This document shows, in pieces, positions 21,944 through 31,544 of a stretch of 64,000 bases of DNA; within the stretch, counting starts at the first letter, position 1, and every line of letters begins with the position of its first letter. The notes under the pieces were generated by a model. The model saw only the letters and a program-made list of their open reading frames with translations. It made no database searches and was not told the DNA's origin. Made by a program: the position numbers and the translations under genes. The stretch is from sequence record PP355768.1. One strand, written 5' to 3'.

Positions 21944-22948
21944 TCAAATTTTCAATTTCGATTCGATAGTTTTAATACAGTACGCTTCTACCAGGGCGTC
22001 AAACACCGGATCATGTTTCGACGGGTAGACCCCCTCAGGAATCAGGTTGTAACGCTCGATTACGTCATGTGCATAGATTTCAGCACAGCGTACCAATGCT
22101 TTCCAATCCCCTCCTAGAGCCTCAAAGTAGTCACGCGGGTTGCGGGCGCTAGAAATATCCCAGAACTTCCACGGAACAATCGCAGGATCAGACGGAGAAA
22201 AGACGTTAGCCTGAGCTGCCACTGTTTCGTAGATGGACATGTCGAACTGCGGGCCATTACCATAGTGGCGCAGAGAACGAGTGTCGATATCTTGCTCATC
22301 GATAATGCCTTCGATTACCTGTTTTGCCTCTACGAACGGGCAGATCAGATCCATGAACGTATGCTTGGATACCGGTGACTCATGAGTCGGGTTGCAAACC
22401 AGAACAGTAGACTCGCCGTCTTTAGCGTTCAGAGCTTCAATAATGGACAGCGACGGAGCACTACCCGCACGAGCCTCATTCATCCAGAATGCAATAGTTC
22501 CGGCGGACACCTTAGCACCGAGGGCCAACTGCTGGGCAACGTTAGGAATGCCTAGAACGATATAAGGATCTAGCGATAGATCTTTCATCAGTACGAAAGC
22601 GAAAGACGGCATAGCGATAAAGGTGCTCTTGCAGTCTCCCGGAGTTCCCAGAGATTCGATATCGCAAACAGAGATCCAGCGGTCTTGTAAGTTTTGCATA
22701 TTGTTTCCTTTGTTATTAAAGTTGCTTCTAGATGTGCTACCACATTTAGAAGCCACCTCCGGTGGTGGCTTAGTCATATCTTCGGACACATCCCAGTTTT
22801 CTTCCATAGACGGCCAGTCAGCCGCCCAATCTTCGAGTTCTTCGTAGCACGAATCCATCAGTTCCCGGGAGTTGACCCTAGAGTAATCTAGGGCCGACTT
22901 ATGTGTCGCTGCACGATTGAAATCGTTTTTAGCTACAAAATTTCGCAT
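21944..22948 (-). CDS. DEDDh 3'-5' exonuclease-like protein with N-terminal extension
   Basis: CDIES, GPQFDM and HDPVFDA motifs; internal SD-led ATG at 22699. Confidence 0.7.
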   Translation of the reverse strand: MRNFVAKNDFNRAATHKSALDYSRVNSRELMDSCYEELEDWAADWPSMEENWDVSEDMTKPPPEVASKCGSTSRSNFNNKGNNMQNLQDRWISVCDIESLGTPGDCKSTFIAMPSFAFVLMKDLSLDPYIVLGIPNVAQQLALGAKVSAGTIAFWMNEARAGSAPSLSIIEALNAKDGESTVLVCNPTHESPVSKHTFMDLICPFVEAKQVIEGIIDEQDIDTRSLRHYGNGPQFDMSIYETVAAQANVFSPSDPAIVPWKFWDISSARNPRDYFEALGGDWKALVRCAEIYAHDVIERYNLIPEGVYPSKHDPVFDALVEAYCIKTIESKLKI

Positions 22949-23358
22949 TATGCCTTCTTAGCGGGTTTGCGTTTTTGAGTACGAGGCTTGTTTGCCTTGC
23001 CCGTAAATTTAATACCTACGCCGTAGCACAGGGCGCGAACATTCTCACGGCTGTACTCGCAGCCAAAGATATTCGGCTTGACGCTACCGAAACGGCCCTG
23101 GGTCTTGCGCAGGACTTCTTTGGTGTCCGCCCTATCCGGCGTACTCCAGCCAACGATCTTCGAGACGTAGCCAGAGGTAGAACCCTTAGTTACCGGCTTT
23201 TTACGACGCGGGGCCGGTTTGCTTACAGCTGATGCTGCTTGAGTATCAGCCGGATGTTTACGCAGATGACGCTCCAGACGTGCTTTGCGATTCGCTTCAG
23301 TTTTGGGAAAAGTTGCAACTTTGGTTTCTACTGCTTTTTTAGAGGTCTGCTTAGCCAT
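22948..23358 (-). CDS. Basic hypothetical protein
   Basis: 136 aa, Lys/Arg-rich, AAGGA SD. Confidence 0.8.
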   Translation of the reverse strand: MAKQTSKKAVETKVATFPKTEANRKARLERHLRKHPADTQAASAVSKPAPRRKKPVTKGSTSGYVSKIVGWSTPDRADTKEVLRKTQGRFGSVKPNIFGCEYSRENVRALCYGVGIKFTGKANKPRTQKRKPAKKA

Positions 23359-23408
23359 GATTTATTTCCTTTGTTTTGTTTTGATTGGTTTCGTTAATTT
23401 ATGAATCT

Positions 23409-23437
23409 ATTATACGTTAATTTTTAGCGTTTAGCAA
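23409..23437 (-). promoter_or_regulatory. Early promoter
   Basis: TTGCTA-17-TATAAT. Confidence 0.8.
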
Positions 23438-23767
23438 CTGCGTTTTTTCATTTTCATCTACAAGCTCATCGAAGATGATGAACTCGTACCTGTTACCGCC
23501 CGATGTGCTTCGCTTGCTCTTCCGAGCTGATGTACTGGTACCCGCCTTTGTTGTATGCCGGTGCTGTACAGAGTTTCTTTCGCTCAATTTCTTTAAGAGC
23601 GGCTCGTTCTCTTTCAGCCATCTCAGGATCCAGGATTTCCCGTGCCTGCGGTCTTGGTGGTAGACGCGTAGAGGGTTCCCCGATTTTAACGCTTCCAGAA
23701 ACGCGGCGTAGAGATCGAGCTGGTACTGAGGTACGTTTGGGAACAAATCCCTCAAATCTGGTGCCAT
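23417..23767 (-). CDS. Small P-loop-like protein (overlapping frame)
   Basis: RRHGKS and FIIFDE motifs. Confidence 0.55.
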   Translation of the reverse strand: MAPDLRDLFPNVPQYQLDLYAAFLEALKSGNPLRVYHQDRRHGKSWILRWLKENEPLLKKLSERNSVQHRHTTKAGTSTSARKSKRSTSGGNRYEFIIFDELVDENEKTQLLNAKN

Positions 23768-23783
23768 TATAATTCATCTCCAC
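23493..23783 (-). CDS. Hypothetical protein (overlapping frame)
   Basis: APAYNKGGYQY motif; natural amino-acid composition. Confidence 0.6.
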   Translation of the reverse strand: MEMNYNGTRFEGFVPKRTSVPARSLRRVSGSVKIGEPSTRLPPRPQAREILDPEMAERERAALKEIERKKLCTAPAYNKGGYQYISSEEQAKHIGR

Positions 23784-23928
23784 CCCTCAGAGCTTTCCAC
23801 TCCGCTTCAAAGATTTGGGCTTCCATACGTGCGATTCGCAGTTTCATTACTACTCGATCCACACCCGGCTCCATCAGGAGCACCTCATATTTCATTTCGC
23901 TAACTAAGCGGCGTAAATTCTCTAACAT
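23767..23928 (-). CDS. 53-aa hypothetical protein (not in ORF track)
   Basis: MLENLRRL...GGDEL*; start overlaps the rnh stop. Confidence 0.6.
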   Translation of the reverse strand: MLENLRRLVSEMKYEVLLMEPGVDRVVMKLRIARMEAQIFEAEWKALRGGDEL

Positions 23929-24410
23929 CACATATCCTCCATTTCTAGCTCGGTCATGCGAACATTTAGCAGATTATCTGCGGCCTCATTACCTTCTACA
24001 CCGGAGTGGCCCTTAACCTTAACGAAAGTTGGGATCTCATTGTGGTTTAGACGATACTTCTTGAGTTCGTCGATAATCCACTTCCACTGGTCTAAGTTCA
24101 GAGGTGTATCACCATCTGCCTTCTTCCAGCCTTTACGTTCCCAGCCCCAAACCCAGGATTCACAACCATTCTTAACGTAGGTCGAGTCCAGATAGATTGT
24201 CATTGGTCGGCCAGGGTTTTTGTTAGACCATAGCAGAGCCTCTAGGACTGCTTGAAGCTCCATCTCATTATTAGTTGTGTTGCGTTTGGGAGCAGACTTG
24301 GTGCCGATTTGCTCTTCGCTGGAGTTGTAAACTACCATAGCCCAAGCACCAACGTTGTCTACCCCACGGGTATTACCGCGGCAACCACCATCAGTATAAA
24401 CATGAAACAT
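23928..24410 (-). CDS. rnh: Ribonuclease H
   Basis: YTDGGC, TNNEMEL, DSTY and KVKGHSG...NEAAD motifs. Confidence 0.95.
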   Translation of the reverse strand: MFHVYTDGGCRGNTRGVDNVGAWAMVVYNSSEEQIGTKSAPKRNTTNNEMELQAVLEALLWSNKNPGRPMTIYLDSTYVKNGCESWVWGWERKGWKKADGDTPLNLDQWKWIIDELKKYRLNHNEIPTFVKVKGHSGVEGNEAADNLLNVRMTELEMEDM

Positions 24411-24703
24411 TATGCGTGCCCCCAGGAAATGGTAATTGATTCAGTATCACGTTGGTCAAACGGATGATTTACTTTTACTTCATAGCCCGCGTCCTTTAGG
24501 TCTTCCATAATCTGAGACCGTGCGGCGATAGGCAGACCATTCAATGCGTAAGAATCTACTTCTGTTTTACCTGAGGAAGCTGATCCATCAATATTTGATA
24601 TAATAGATCTGCGAGCTGCTATAACTGCCATATCGTTAGACCTTTTGGCTTTAGCTGCCATTGCTTTTGCATCAGTAAAAGACATATTCATTTCCTCTCT
24701 CAA
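24410..24703 (-). CDS. Hypothetical protein
   Basis: 97 aa behind a promoter. Confidence 0.75.
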   Translation of the reverse strand: MREEMNMSFTDAKAMAAKAKRSNDMAVIAARRSIISNIDGSASSGKTEVDSYALNGLPIAARSQIMEDLKDAGYEVKVNHPFDQRDTESITISWGHA

Positions 24704-24715
24704 ATTTATGAATCT

Positions 24716-24744
24716 ATTATATTAAAAATTCACGTGGTTTGCAA
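24716..24744 (-). promoter_or_regulatory. Early promoter
   Basis: TTGCAA-17-TATAAT. Confidence 0.75.
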
Positions 24745-24782
24745 ATGAATTTTTAATATAAGTGGCCCGAAGGCCACCTTAG

Positions 24783-25016
24783 TTATAGTAATTTAGCTGG
24801 AGGAACTAGTAAATTACTGTTATAGTCCCGCTTGGCTGGGGGGTTTTCTTTAGGCGGTTTAGGGGCAAACTGACGCATTAGTGCGTCCATGCCCTTGTAC
24901 TTTACCATCCCTAGGATAACATCTATGTGTAACCCCGAGGATTGAACCAGAAACTTCAGCTGAGACTCCTCCCTTTCGGAGAAGGTTATTTTGGGGCGTC
25001 TGTTAAATAATCCCAT
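24783..25016 (-). CDS. Hypothetical protein
   Basis: 77 aa, GAGGA SD. Confidence 0.7.
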   Translation of the reverse strand: MGLFNRRPKITFSEREESQLKFLVQSSGLHIDVILGMVKYKGMDALMRQFAPKPPKENPPAKRDYNSNLLVPPAKLL

Positions 25017-25022
25017 AAGTCC

Positions 25023-25877
25023 TCACGCAGTGAACGGATAGGCAATAGGGTCATGAGACTTGTAACCCACGATTTTAAAGTCGTCCTTAGAAACCCAGGT
25101 GAGTACGTCCTCTAGGGTTTTGATTTCCGGGTTGATCTCTAGACGAGGGGCCGGGAAAGGCTTGCGATCGAATTGGCCATGTTCCATGAGAACCTTGTAC
25201 TGATTCTCGTAGATATGCATATTTACTATACGTTGGTTTGCTCGGATTGCCCGGTTCCCGGTGATCTGGGCCATAAGCGCAAGAAACGTGTAGCATTGGA
25301 CCATGTTAAAGGCTTGTCCCAGTAGGAAGTCATTGGATCTCTGGAAGGAGTCGAGATACAGATTTCCATTGAGTAGCGAGAACTGGTGGGTATGCATGCA
25401 CGGTCGTAAGCATCCTTGATCAAATTCGCCAGGGTTCCAGAAGGTGAGAATCTCTCCGCGGTCATCAATGCCTCGTCGTAAATTCTCATAGATCTTATAG
25501 AGTTGGTCAAAGTGGGAACCATCCGGTCTAAGCCACGTTCTGCCCTGTACTCCATAGACTCTACCCATATCGTCGGTTCCCTTTCTGTTAGGGTTGACCA
25601 ACCACGCCTCGTTTTCGTTGGCGTTAGCGTTCCACGTATTGCAGCCGATAGCACGGAATTGCTCTGCGGAATCATATCCTCGCAGATATCCGATAAGTTC
25701 CATGATGGCCTGAAGAGCGTATGCTTTACGGGTCGTGATAAGTGGGAATTTCTTTCCGAGTACATCATATTCAAAGTTTGACCCTATTACGGTTAAACAA
25801 CGAACCCCCGTTCGAGGGTTCTCCAGCCAGACACCTTCTTCGAGAATGCGTTTGCCTTCATTAATATAGTGAATCAC
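25023..25877 (-). CDS. thy: Thymidylate synthase
   Basis: LRPCM catalytic Cys, QRSND and HIYENQ motifs. Confidence 0.95.
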   Translation of the reverse strand: MIHYINEGKRILEEGVWLENPRTGVRCLTVIGSNFEYDVLGKKFPLITTRKAYALQAIMELIGYLRGYDSAEQFRAIGCNTWNANANENEAWLVNPNRKGTDDMGRVYGVQGRTWLRPDGSHFDQLYKIYENLRRGIDDRGEILTFWNPGEFDQGCLRPCMHTHQFSLLNGNLYLDSFQRSNDFLLGQAFNMVQCYTFLALMAQITGNRAIRANQRIVNMHIYENQYKVLMEHGQFDRKPFPAPRLEINPEIKTLEDVLTWVSKDDFKIVGYKSHDPIAYPFTA

Positions 25878-26437
25878 AGATAGACTCCTTCCATAACAAA
25901 ACGATAGCGCTCATTTTCCCCTGAAGCTATATGAGTTACTACAGCATCCGGAGGAGTGGACGTAAGTATCGGGTGTTCCAGATACATGATGTGGTCTAGG
26001 CTTGGTACTGTACCGGCCTTAGGATAAATGGTGGAGCGATAGATCGCATCCAGACAGCCCATAGTTGCTAGAGTTTCTAGCAAAGCTTTCCCGCCGATGC
26101 AGACTACCTCAACTTCATTACAGAAGTCCCGAATTTTAGAACCCAAGTGGGTAATAAACCGCACATTACGGGGAGGGTTTTTTATCAGGATTGGGGATAC
26201 CGAACCTACTACGTACACCATGGATTTCTTTTCCAGTGCTTTTTTCAGTCGGGGAGGTGCCGTTGTGTAGGTATTATGTCCCAGGATAACAACCTGATAG
26301 GTATCCAGGATTTTGTAGAACTGTTCTAGTTCCTCGGGGATGGAGCCCCAGGGAAGTTCCCCGTAGGCGTCCAGTGTAGCCGGATTAAAAATCCCGAAGG
26401 CTCCATCAACTCGCATTGCGTATAAAGCTGTAATCAT
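25874..26437 (-). CDS. frd: Dihydrofolate reductase
   Basis: [18 protein letters not shown] and IGGK motifs; adjacent to thy. Confidence 0.85.
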   Translation of the reverse strand: MITALYAMRVDGAFGIFNPATLDAYGELPWGSIPEELEQFYKILDTYQVVILGHNTYTTAPPRLKKALEKKSMVYVVGSVSPILIKNPPRNVRFITHLGSKIRDFCNEVEVVCIGGKALLETLATMGCLDAIYRSTIYPKAGTVPSLDHIMYLEHPILTSTPPDAVVTHIASGENERYRFVMEGVYL

Positions 26438-27597
26438 TACAGGAACTCTCCAAATTCGTCAGACAGATCGTCCGGGTTAGCCTGAGAGGTTGCACCAACA
26501 CGATAGTTGGTAATCTGTGCTTCTTGCGGAGCTACTTGCTGGTTCTTGGTGTTCAGCCAACCTTTCATCCAGCCAATAGGATCTTCCATAATTACCGGGA
26601 GATCTTCCGGCCACGGAATGTTGATTGCCATAAATGCCAGGCGTGCGTTGTAATACAGGTACTCTACCAGCAAATCGGCGTTCAGACCAGGAATATCTTC
26701 GCCTTCCGGGAAAATATAATGCGCCCAGTTAATTTCTGTCTCCAGAATACTGCGCAGGATCTTCGGAGCATTAGCCTGAGCTGCTGCCACTACATGTGGG
26801 GGAATTTCCCCATTTTGAAGAATACGCAGAACTTCCATCGCCATAACGGTGTGGAGCGCTTCGTCTTTTGCGATAAGCTGTAGGTTCTTAGCGATACCTG
26901 TCAGAATATCGTTCTCCGCCAGAGCAAAGGTACATGCAAACGATGCGTAGAACATAATGGCTTCTAGAGCGTATACAGCGTAGTAGAACTCCAGGATTTT
27001 CTGCTGTAATTGTTCGGTAAGTGCTAAGAAGTCTGCCTCTTCGGTGTATTCCAGAGTACCTTCCTTCTCAGCGATTTCCAGATTGGCTCTAGCGTCCAAC
27101 CAGACGTCCGCTAGTTCGGCCAGTTCATCAATAACAGAAACCGGCAGTGCTAAACGTGCGAATGCTTCGTCGTTAGCCTGTACAGTCGCAATGAAGTCGC
27201 CCGGATTAGGGAGAACGTTGCGAATAATGTTGGAATACGCACGGCTGTGAATATTCTCAAAGTAGCTCCACTGAATAAGCATACCTTCCAGCTCAGGGCG
27301 AGATACCAGTTTCAGAATGGCATCTTCCGGAGCACGGGTGATAATGGAGTCGGCTTGGGTTTGCCAGGCTAAGTTCAGCAGGGTTTTGTTTTTAATATGC
27401 TGAGGCAGATTAGGCCATTGTTTCTTATCGGCCTCTAGGGAGATCTCAGTCTCAACCCAGAACTGCGAGCGTTGCAGTAATGCAAGTTCCTCTAAACGAG
27501 GATAGCGAACGTTTACATAGTCGGCGATTCCCAGGTCTTGGCCCAGGAATAGTTTAGACTCAGTGTGATCCCATTCGCGGTTAAATACTGTTGCCAT
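26437..27597 (-). CDS. nrdB: Class Ia ribonucleotide reductase beta subunit
   Basis: ENIHSRAYS, EAIMFYASF and DEALH di-iron motifs. Confidence 0.95.
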   Translation of the reverse strand: MATVFNREWDHTESKLFLGQDLGIADYVNVRYPRLEELALLQRSQFWVETEISLEADKKQWPNLPQHIKNKTLLNLAWQTQADSIITRAPEDAILKLVSRPELEGMLIQWSYFENIHSRAYSNIIRNVLPNPGDFIATVQANDEAFARLALPVSVIDELAELADVWLDARANLEIAEKEGTLEYTEEADFLALTEQLQQKILEFYYAVYALEAIMFYASFACTFALAENDILTGIAKNLQLIAKDEALHTVMAMEVLRILQNGEIPPHVVAAAQANAPKILRSILETEINWAHYIFPEGEDIPGLNADLLVEYLYYNARLAFMAINIPWPEDLPVIMEDPIGWMKGWLNTKNQQVAPQEAQITNYRVGATSQANPDDLSDEFGEFL

Positions 27598-27693
27598 TGT
27601 TTAATTTCCTCTCTCATTTAATATATGAATATTATAACAAAAAATCCAACCTACTTGCAAATAAAATTTTGCTTTCGGTTGGATCGAGCTTAA

Positions 27694-30018
27694 TTACAGA
27701 GTACAACCGCCACTGGAACAACCCTGCTCTGCTGCAGAGCCTCCGGTATCTACGTCAAAGTTTGCGTAGTAGAGGTTCTTAATCCCATATTTAGTGGAGT
27801 TAAGGAGATCTTTGATAATCTCAGTACCCGGAATAATACCTCCAGGATATTTGTTAAAGTCGTAGTACAGGTTGGCACTGATGGCTTGATCCGTAAACTT
27901 CTGCAGAACTGCTAACCATTTAATGTGCTCAGTACGGTCAATGTCGAACGCATACTTATAGGACTGCATGGTGTCCCAATCGTCTAGACCCGGAGCTACA
28001 GTAATTACTTTGTTAACGCCCGAAGTCTTGATAGTTACTGCACTGCGAGGAGGCTCTACTGCGTTGGTAACACCAATCAGAACAGAGCTAGACTCTCCCG
28101 GCATACTTGCAGTCAGGACAGAGTTGCGCATACCATGAGTTTTGATCTCTTCACGGAGGCTCTCCCAGTCCATTTCTAGACCTACGGAAACCAGGTCATC
28201 CACAGTCTTCTTATAAGTATCGATTAACAGCGTACCATCAGAAGTATGAGTACGGTGGAACCATGCACAAGGGCCAATCTCTTTTGCCAGACGCACAGAT
28301 GCTTTGTGAAGGAAGAACGATGCTTTCTCTGCTTCACGGTGAATCCAGTTACGAGCTTCTTCACCTTCGAATGCCAGGCCTTCAGCGGCCATCGCTCCTG
28401 CAGCGTTCATCAGTCCAATACCTACGTTACGGCGGCGTAATGCTGTGTACTTCATAGCTGGGAACGGATAGTGCTGAATCTCGATGATGGTATCAACGAA
28501 CTTCAACAGGATGTAGGAGATCTTCTCCCATTCTTCCAGAGTTTTGATACGACCCAGGGCGAATCCGCCTAAGTTGCACAGAGATACTTCCCCATACTCT
28601 GAAACATCCATTTTATCCAGTTCTTCGTCTGTACGGTACAGGTCTACTACATGAGGGATCGGGAACGTTGGCTGTACAATCTCAACACAAAGGTTGGACA
28701 TACGCACAGGATCTTTGTAACGGCTGTTACGGTTCACTTCACCAGCGTCCATAGTGTACAGGCGGCCAGTCTCCATACGTACGGTTTTCCAGAACTCAAT
28801 CAGTTCTGCGGCAGGAATCACCGGTGCTACAGGGAGAACTTCGCCCTTGAAACCACGTTTGGTAACACCCGCTAGGCGTTTTTCGGCTGCGATGTATAGA
28901 CGTTCAAATTCTGCTACGTCGCCGGAGTCAAATGCTGCGTATACTTCTGGAGCGTACAGGAAGCTCATCAGTGTGATGTTCTCTTTACGCAGGAAGCGTT
29001 TCAGGAGAATACTGTTGAACTTCAGATTGTAGTCCATCTTATCGATTTTCTTTTCATCAGGGGAACGGTTGCTCTTAGCTTCCATTACCTGAATGATTTC
29101 CGGATCGAAGAACGCAGTGTAAACAGTTGCAGAACCACCACGAGACTGCTGAGTGTTAGCTTTTACGGAGCGGTCGATGTGTCGATAATATGGCAGTTTT
29201 CCAGAGTGTGGGAACGCGCCTTTTCGCACCGGATCAGCAATTGATCTACTCTCAAGATGATAGCCGATCCCTGCTCGGGCAGCGACCATTTTGAAGACGA
29301 CGTGCTCTGCTGCGTCAATGGAGTCCAGGGTGTCAGTACCATCAACAAGACAGCAAGAAGCGAAGCCCCTGTCAGCGCTCCGAAGGCCCACGAGCGGCGG
29401 AGTTGGGACGTTGATTTTCTGTAGCGACAGCGCGTTATAAAGGTCGATTGCATCGAGCATACTCCAGTGAGGTTGAGAAAGCATTGCCATTGCCATACCC
29501 ATGTAGGCAAACTGCGGAGTTTCATAGATCTCTTCCGTATAGATATTACGTCTAGAGTATTTATCCATGAACTGCTTCAGACCAGCATTAGTGAATAGTT
29601 CGTCACGGCTGTGGTCGATAACTTCGTTTAGAGCTTCGAACTGGTCGTCAGAGATCCAGCCGCTCATATCTTCCCACGCTCCCAACTCTACCATGTGGTC
29701 GTGGAAGAAACGCAGAGACGGCGGGGTGTAAGAATCAAACAGGTTCTTACGGAGCTGGGCTAAACGCAGCTCTAGGGCGAATCGGTCGTAACGATGATCA
29801 CGCTCGATCATTGATTCGGCAGACTTAATCAGCATTGTTTGCAGATCGTCTGAGTGTACATCACCTTTCGGCAGGTTCTTAACTGCGGCTACCGCTACCG
29901 GAGACCACGGAACATCGCTTCGAATTCCGATGTATTTTGCCCAGTCATTCAGCTTCTGGGCCATGAACGGCTCTTTTGTACCGTCACGCTTGATAACGTA
30001 TTCAATACGTTGGGTCAT
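27694..30018 (-). CDS. nrdA: Class Ia ribonucleotide reductase alpha subunit
   Basis: VIKRDG ATP cone, SNLCVE, C-terminal CxxxxC; start refined to MTQRIEY. Confidence 0.95.
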   Translation of the reverse strand: MTQRIEYVIKRDGTKEPFMAQKLNDWAKYIGIRSDVPWSPVAVAAVKNLPKGDVHSDDLQTMLIKSAESMIERDHRYDRFALELRLAQLRKNLFDSYTPPSLRFFHDHMVELGAWEDMSGWISDDQFEALNEVIDHSRDELFTNAGLKQFMDKYSRRNIYTEEIYETPQFAYMGMAMAMLSQPHWSMLDAIDLYNALSLQKINVPTPPLVGLRSADRGFASCCLVDGTDTLDSIDAAEHVVFKMVAARAGIGYHLESRSIADPVRKGAFPHSGKLPYYRHIDRSVKANTQQSRGGSATVYTAFFDPEIIQVMEAKSNRSPDEKKIDKMDYNLKFNSILLKRFLRKENITLMSFLYAPEVYAAFDSGDVAEFERLYIAAEKRLAGVTKRGFKGEVLPVAPVIPAAELIEFWKTVRMETGRLYTMDAGEVNRNSRYKDPVRMSNLCVEIVQPTFPIPHVVDLYRTDEELDKMDVSEYGEVSLCNLGGFALGRIKTLEEWEKISYILLKFVDTIIEIQHYPFPAMKYTALRRRNVGIGLMNAAGAMAAEGLAFEGEEARNWIHREAEKASFFLHKASVRLAKEIGPCAWFHRTHTSDGTLLIDTYKKTVDDLVSVGLEMDWESLREEIKTHGMRNSVLTASMPGESSSVLIGVTNAVEPPRSAVTIKTSGVNKVITVAPGLDDWDTMQSYKYAFDIDRTEHIKWLAVLQKFTDQAISANLYYDFNKYPGGIIPGTEIIKDLLNSTKYGIKNLYYANFDVDTGGSAAEQGCSSGGCTL

Positions 30019-30056
30019 TGGTAACTCCTTTTGGAGGTTGTCAGGATTTAAGAAAT

Positions 30057-30085
30057 ATTCTACTTTATTTTCGGCCATTTTGCAA
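30057..30085 (-). promoter_or_regulatory. Promoter for nrdA
   Basis: TTGCAA-17-TAGAAT. Confidence 0.65.
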
Positions 30086-30100
30086 ATGAGATTTTACAGA

Positions 30101-30135
30101 CAAAAACAGGCAACCCCTTTCGAGGCTGCCTGTGT
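30101..30135 (-). terminator. Rho-independent terminator
   Basis: ACAGGCA/TGCCTGT stem with U-tract on the minus strand. Confidence 0.65.
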
Positions 30136-30146
30136 GTCGGTCTACT

Positions 30147-30356
30147 TTAATAAAAGTGTAATTTTTTCATTCGACTAACTAACTCCTTAGTACCGAGGGG
30201 TTGGTTAGGAAACTCGTTTGCTATCTTGAAAGCGGCATGGTGTCGCCGCTCATCCTCAGGATAGTTAGCATTGTATTTATTGACTGTTGCCAGGGATACT
30301 GGATGCACTTTCGTTTTACGAGTGCGGAAGTTGTTCAGTGTAAATACGTTGTTCAT
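30147..30356 (-). CDS. Hypothetical protein
   Basis: 69 aa, AGGAG SD. Confidence 0.75.
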   Translation of the reverse strand: MNNVFTLNNFRTRKTKVHPVSLATVNKYNANYPEDERRHHAAFKIANEFPNQPLGTKELVSRMKKLHFY

Positions 30357-30370
30357 ACGCGCTCCTAGAG

Positions 30371-30484
30371 TTAGAGGTCAGGACGTTCGTCGTGAGAAGT
30401 GATACCTTCACCAAAGCCTACAAAGCCCCAGTTTTCTTCAGAGGTAATACCCTCACCATAACCAATGATCAGTTCAGTAACCAT
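30371..30484 (-). CDS. 37-aa mini-protein with internal repeat (not in ORF track)
   Basis: MVTELIIGYGEGITSEENWGFVGFGEGITSHDERPDL*. Confidence 0.55.
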   Translation of the reverse strand: MVTELIIGYGEGITSEENWGFVGFGEGITSHDERPDL

Positions 30485-30485
30485 A

Positions 30486-31235
30486 TTAGATTCCCATATC
30501 GTTAAAGATTGCCTGGAATGCTTTGGATTCAGCGGAACGCACGTTATCATGCAACTCTACTAAGGAGAATGGCACATGTTCGTACTGATCGTAGATATCC
30601 ATGATCAGTTGCAGACCAGAGTCGGATTTAATGTCTTTCTGCGCTACGTCGCCACAGATTACTAATTTGCAATCCTGACCTACGCGGGTTAGAATACACT
30701 TCATTGCTTCTACGGAGATATTTTGAGCTTCGTCAACAATTACATAAGAATTGTTGAAGGTACGACCGCGTGCATGTTCGATAGCAAGGTATTGGATTGC
30801 CTTGCGTTCAACCAGCCCCTGATAAGAACGTTCCCCCAAGGCCCATTTAAAGCCATCGGCGATTGGTTCTAACCACGGTGCCATCTTCTCGTTCAGATCT
30901 CCTGGCAGCATCCCTAGGGATTTACCAAGAGGTTCGTTCGGACGGACTAGGATGAACTTCTCGTACACAGAACCAGGAGTTGCTAACTCTTGAGCAGCGA
31001 GAACAGATGGGATAAACGTTTTACCCGTACCTGCTTCTCCAATACCAACTGTCACCGTAAAGTTACGGATGGTGCTAATATAGTGCTTTTGCTCAGCGTT
31101 CTTCGGCTTGAGTTCTTTTGCGGTTGGTTGAAAACGCTCCCGTGCTTCAAAATCAACAGGGATGACGTTTTCGTGACGTTCACGTTTTGCGCTGCCATTA
31201 CGGCGCGACTCCTTACGACGTGCTGCTTTTCTCAT
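30486..31235 (-). CDS. phoH: PhoH-like ATPase
   Basis: GEAGTGKT, RGRTF, VDEAQN and GDVAQ motifs. Confidence 0.95.
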   Translation of the reverse strand: MRKAARRKESRRNGSAKRERHENVIPVDFEARERFQPTAKELKPKNAEQKHYISTIRNFTVTVGIGEAGTGKTFIPSVLAAQELATPGSVYEKFILVRPNEPLGKSLGMLPGDLNEKMAPWLEPIADGFKWALGERSYQGLVERKAIQYLAIEHARGRTFNNSYVIVDEAQNISVEAMKCILTRVGQDCKLVICGDVAQKDIKSDSGLQLIMDIYDQYEHVPFSLVELHDNVRSAESKAFQAIFNDMGI

Positions 31236-31298
31236 TGCGATCTCCTTAGAGGTCTACAGAGGGTCAAATTTCGACCATGTTTATCAATTTAGAATACC

Positions 31299-31327
31299 AG
31301 TATACCAAGTTTTGGCGTGGATTGCAA
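31299..31327 (-). promoter_or_regulatory. Leftward promoter for phoH
   Basis: TTGCAA-17-TATACT. Confidence 0.7.
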
Positions 31328-31493
31328 CTGAAATTTTCTAGGATGATATGGAGGACGGATCCTTTCCTTTATTCGCGCGATGCGCGGGCGCACACGAATA
31401 ATATAAAATGAGGGAGATAAGCAAATAAAATTTTCCAGTTTTTATTGTTTTGATGATCCAGATCAAGTTACTGTTGATTATAATAAAATAAGG

Positions 31494-31522
31494 TTGACAT
31501 AGCTGTGCCTATTTGATATAAT
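31494..31522 (+). promoter_or_regulatory. Rightward consensus promoter for nrdD
   Basis: TTGACA-17-TATAAT. Confidence 0.85.
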
Positions 31523-31544
31523 ATATGCCTAACTGGAGGAATAT

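Noticed and set aside
26437-30018. Homing endonuclease, intron or intein in nrdA/nrdB, pol or helicase
   Set aside because: Genes are uninterrupted and of normal length; no HNH, GIY-YIG or LAGLIDADG motifs were seen
9837-30383. Shared 13-mer TTAGAGGTCAGGA at the ends of two mini-ORFs (9837 and 30371)
   Set aside because: A 13-nt match is expected by chance in 64 kb
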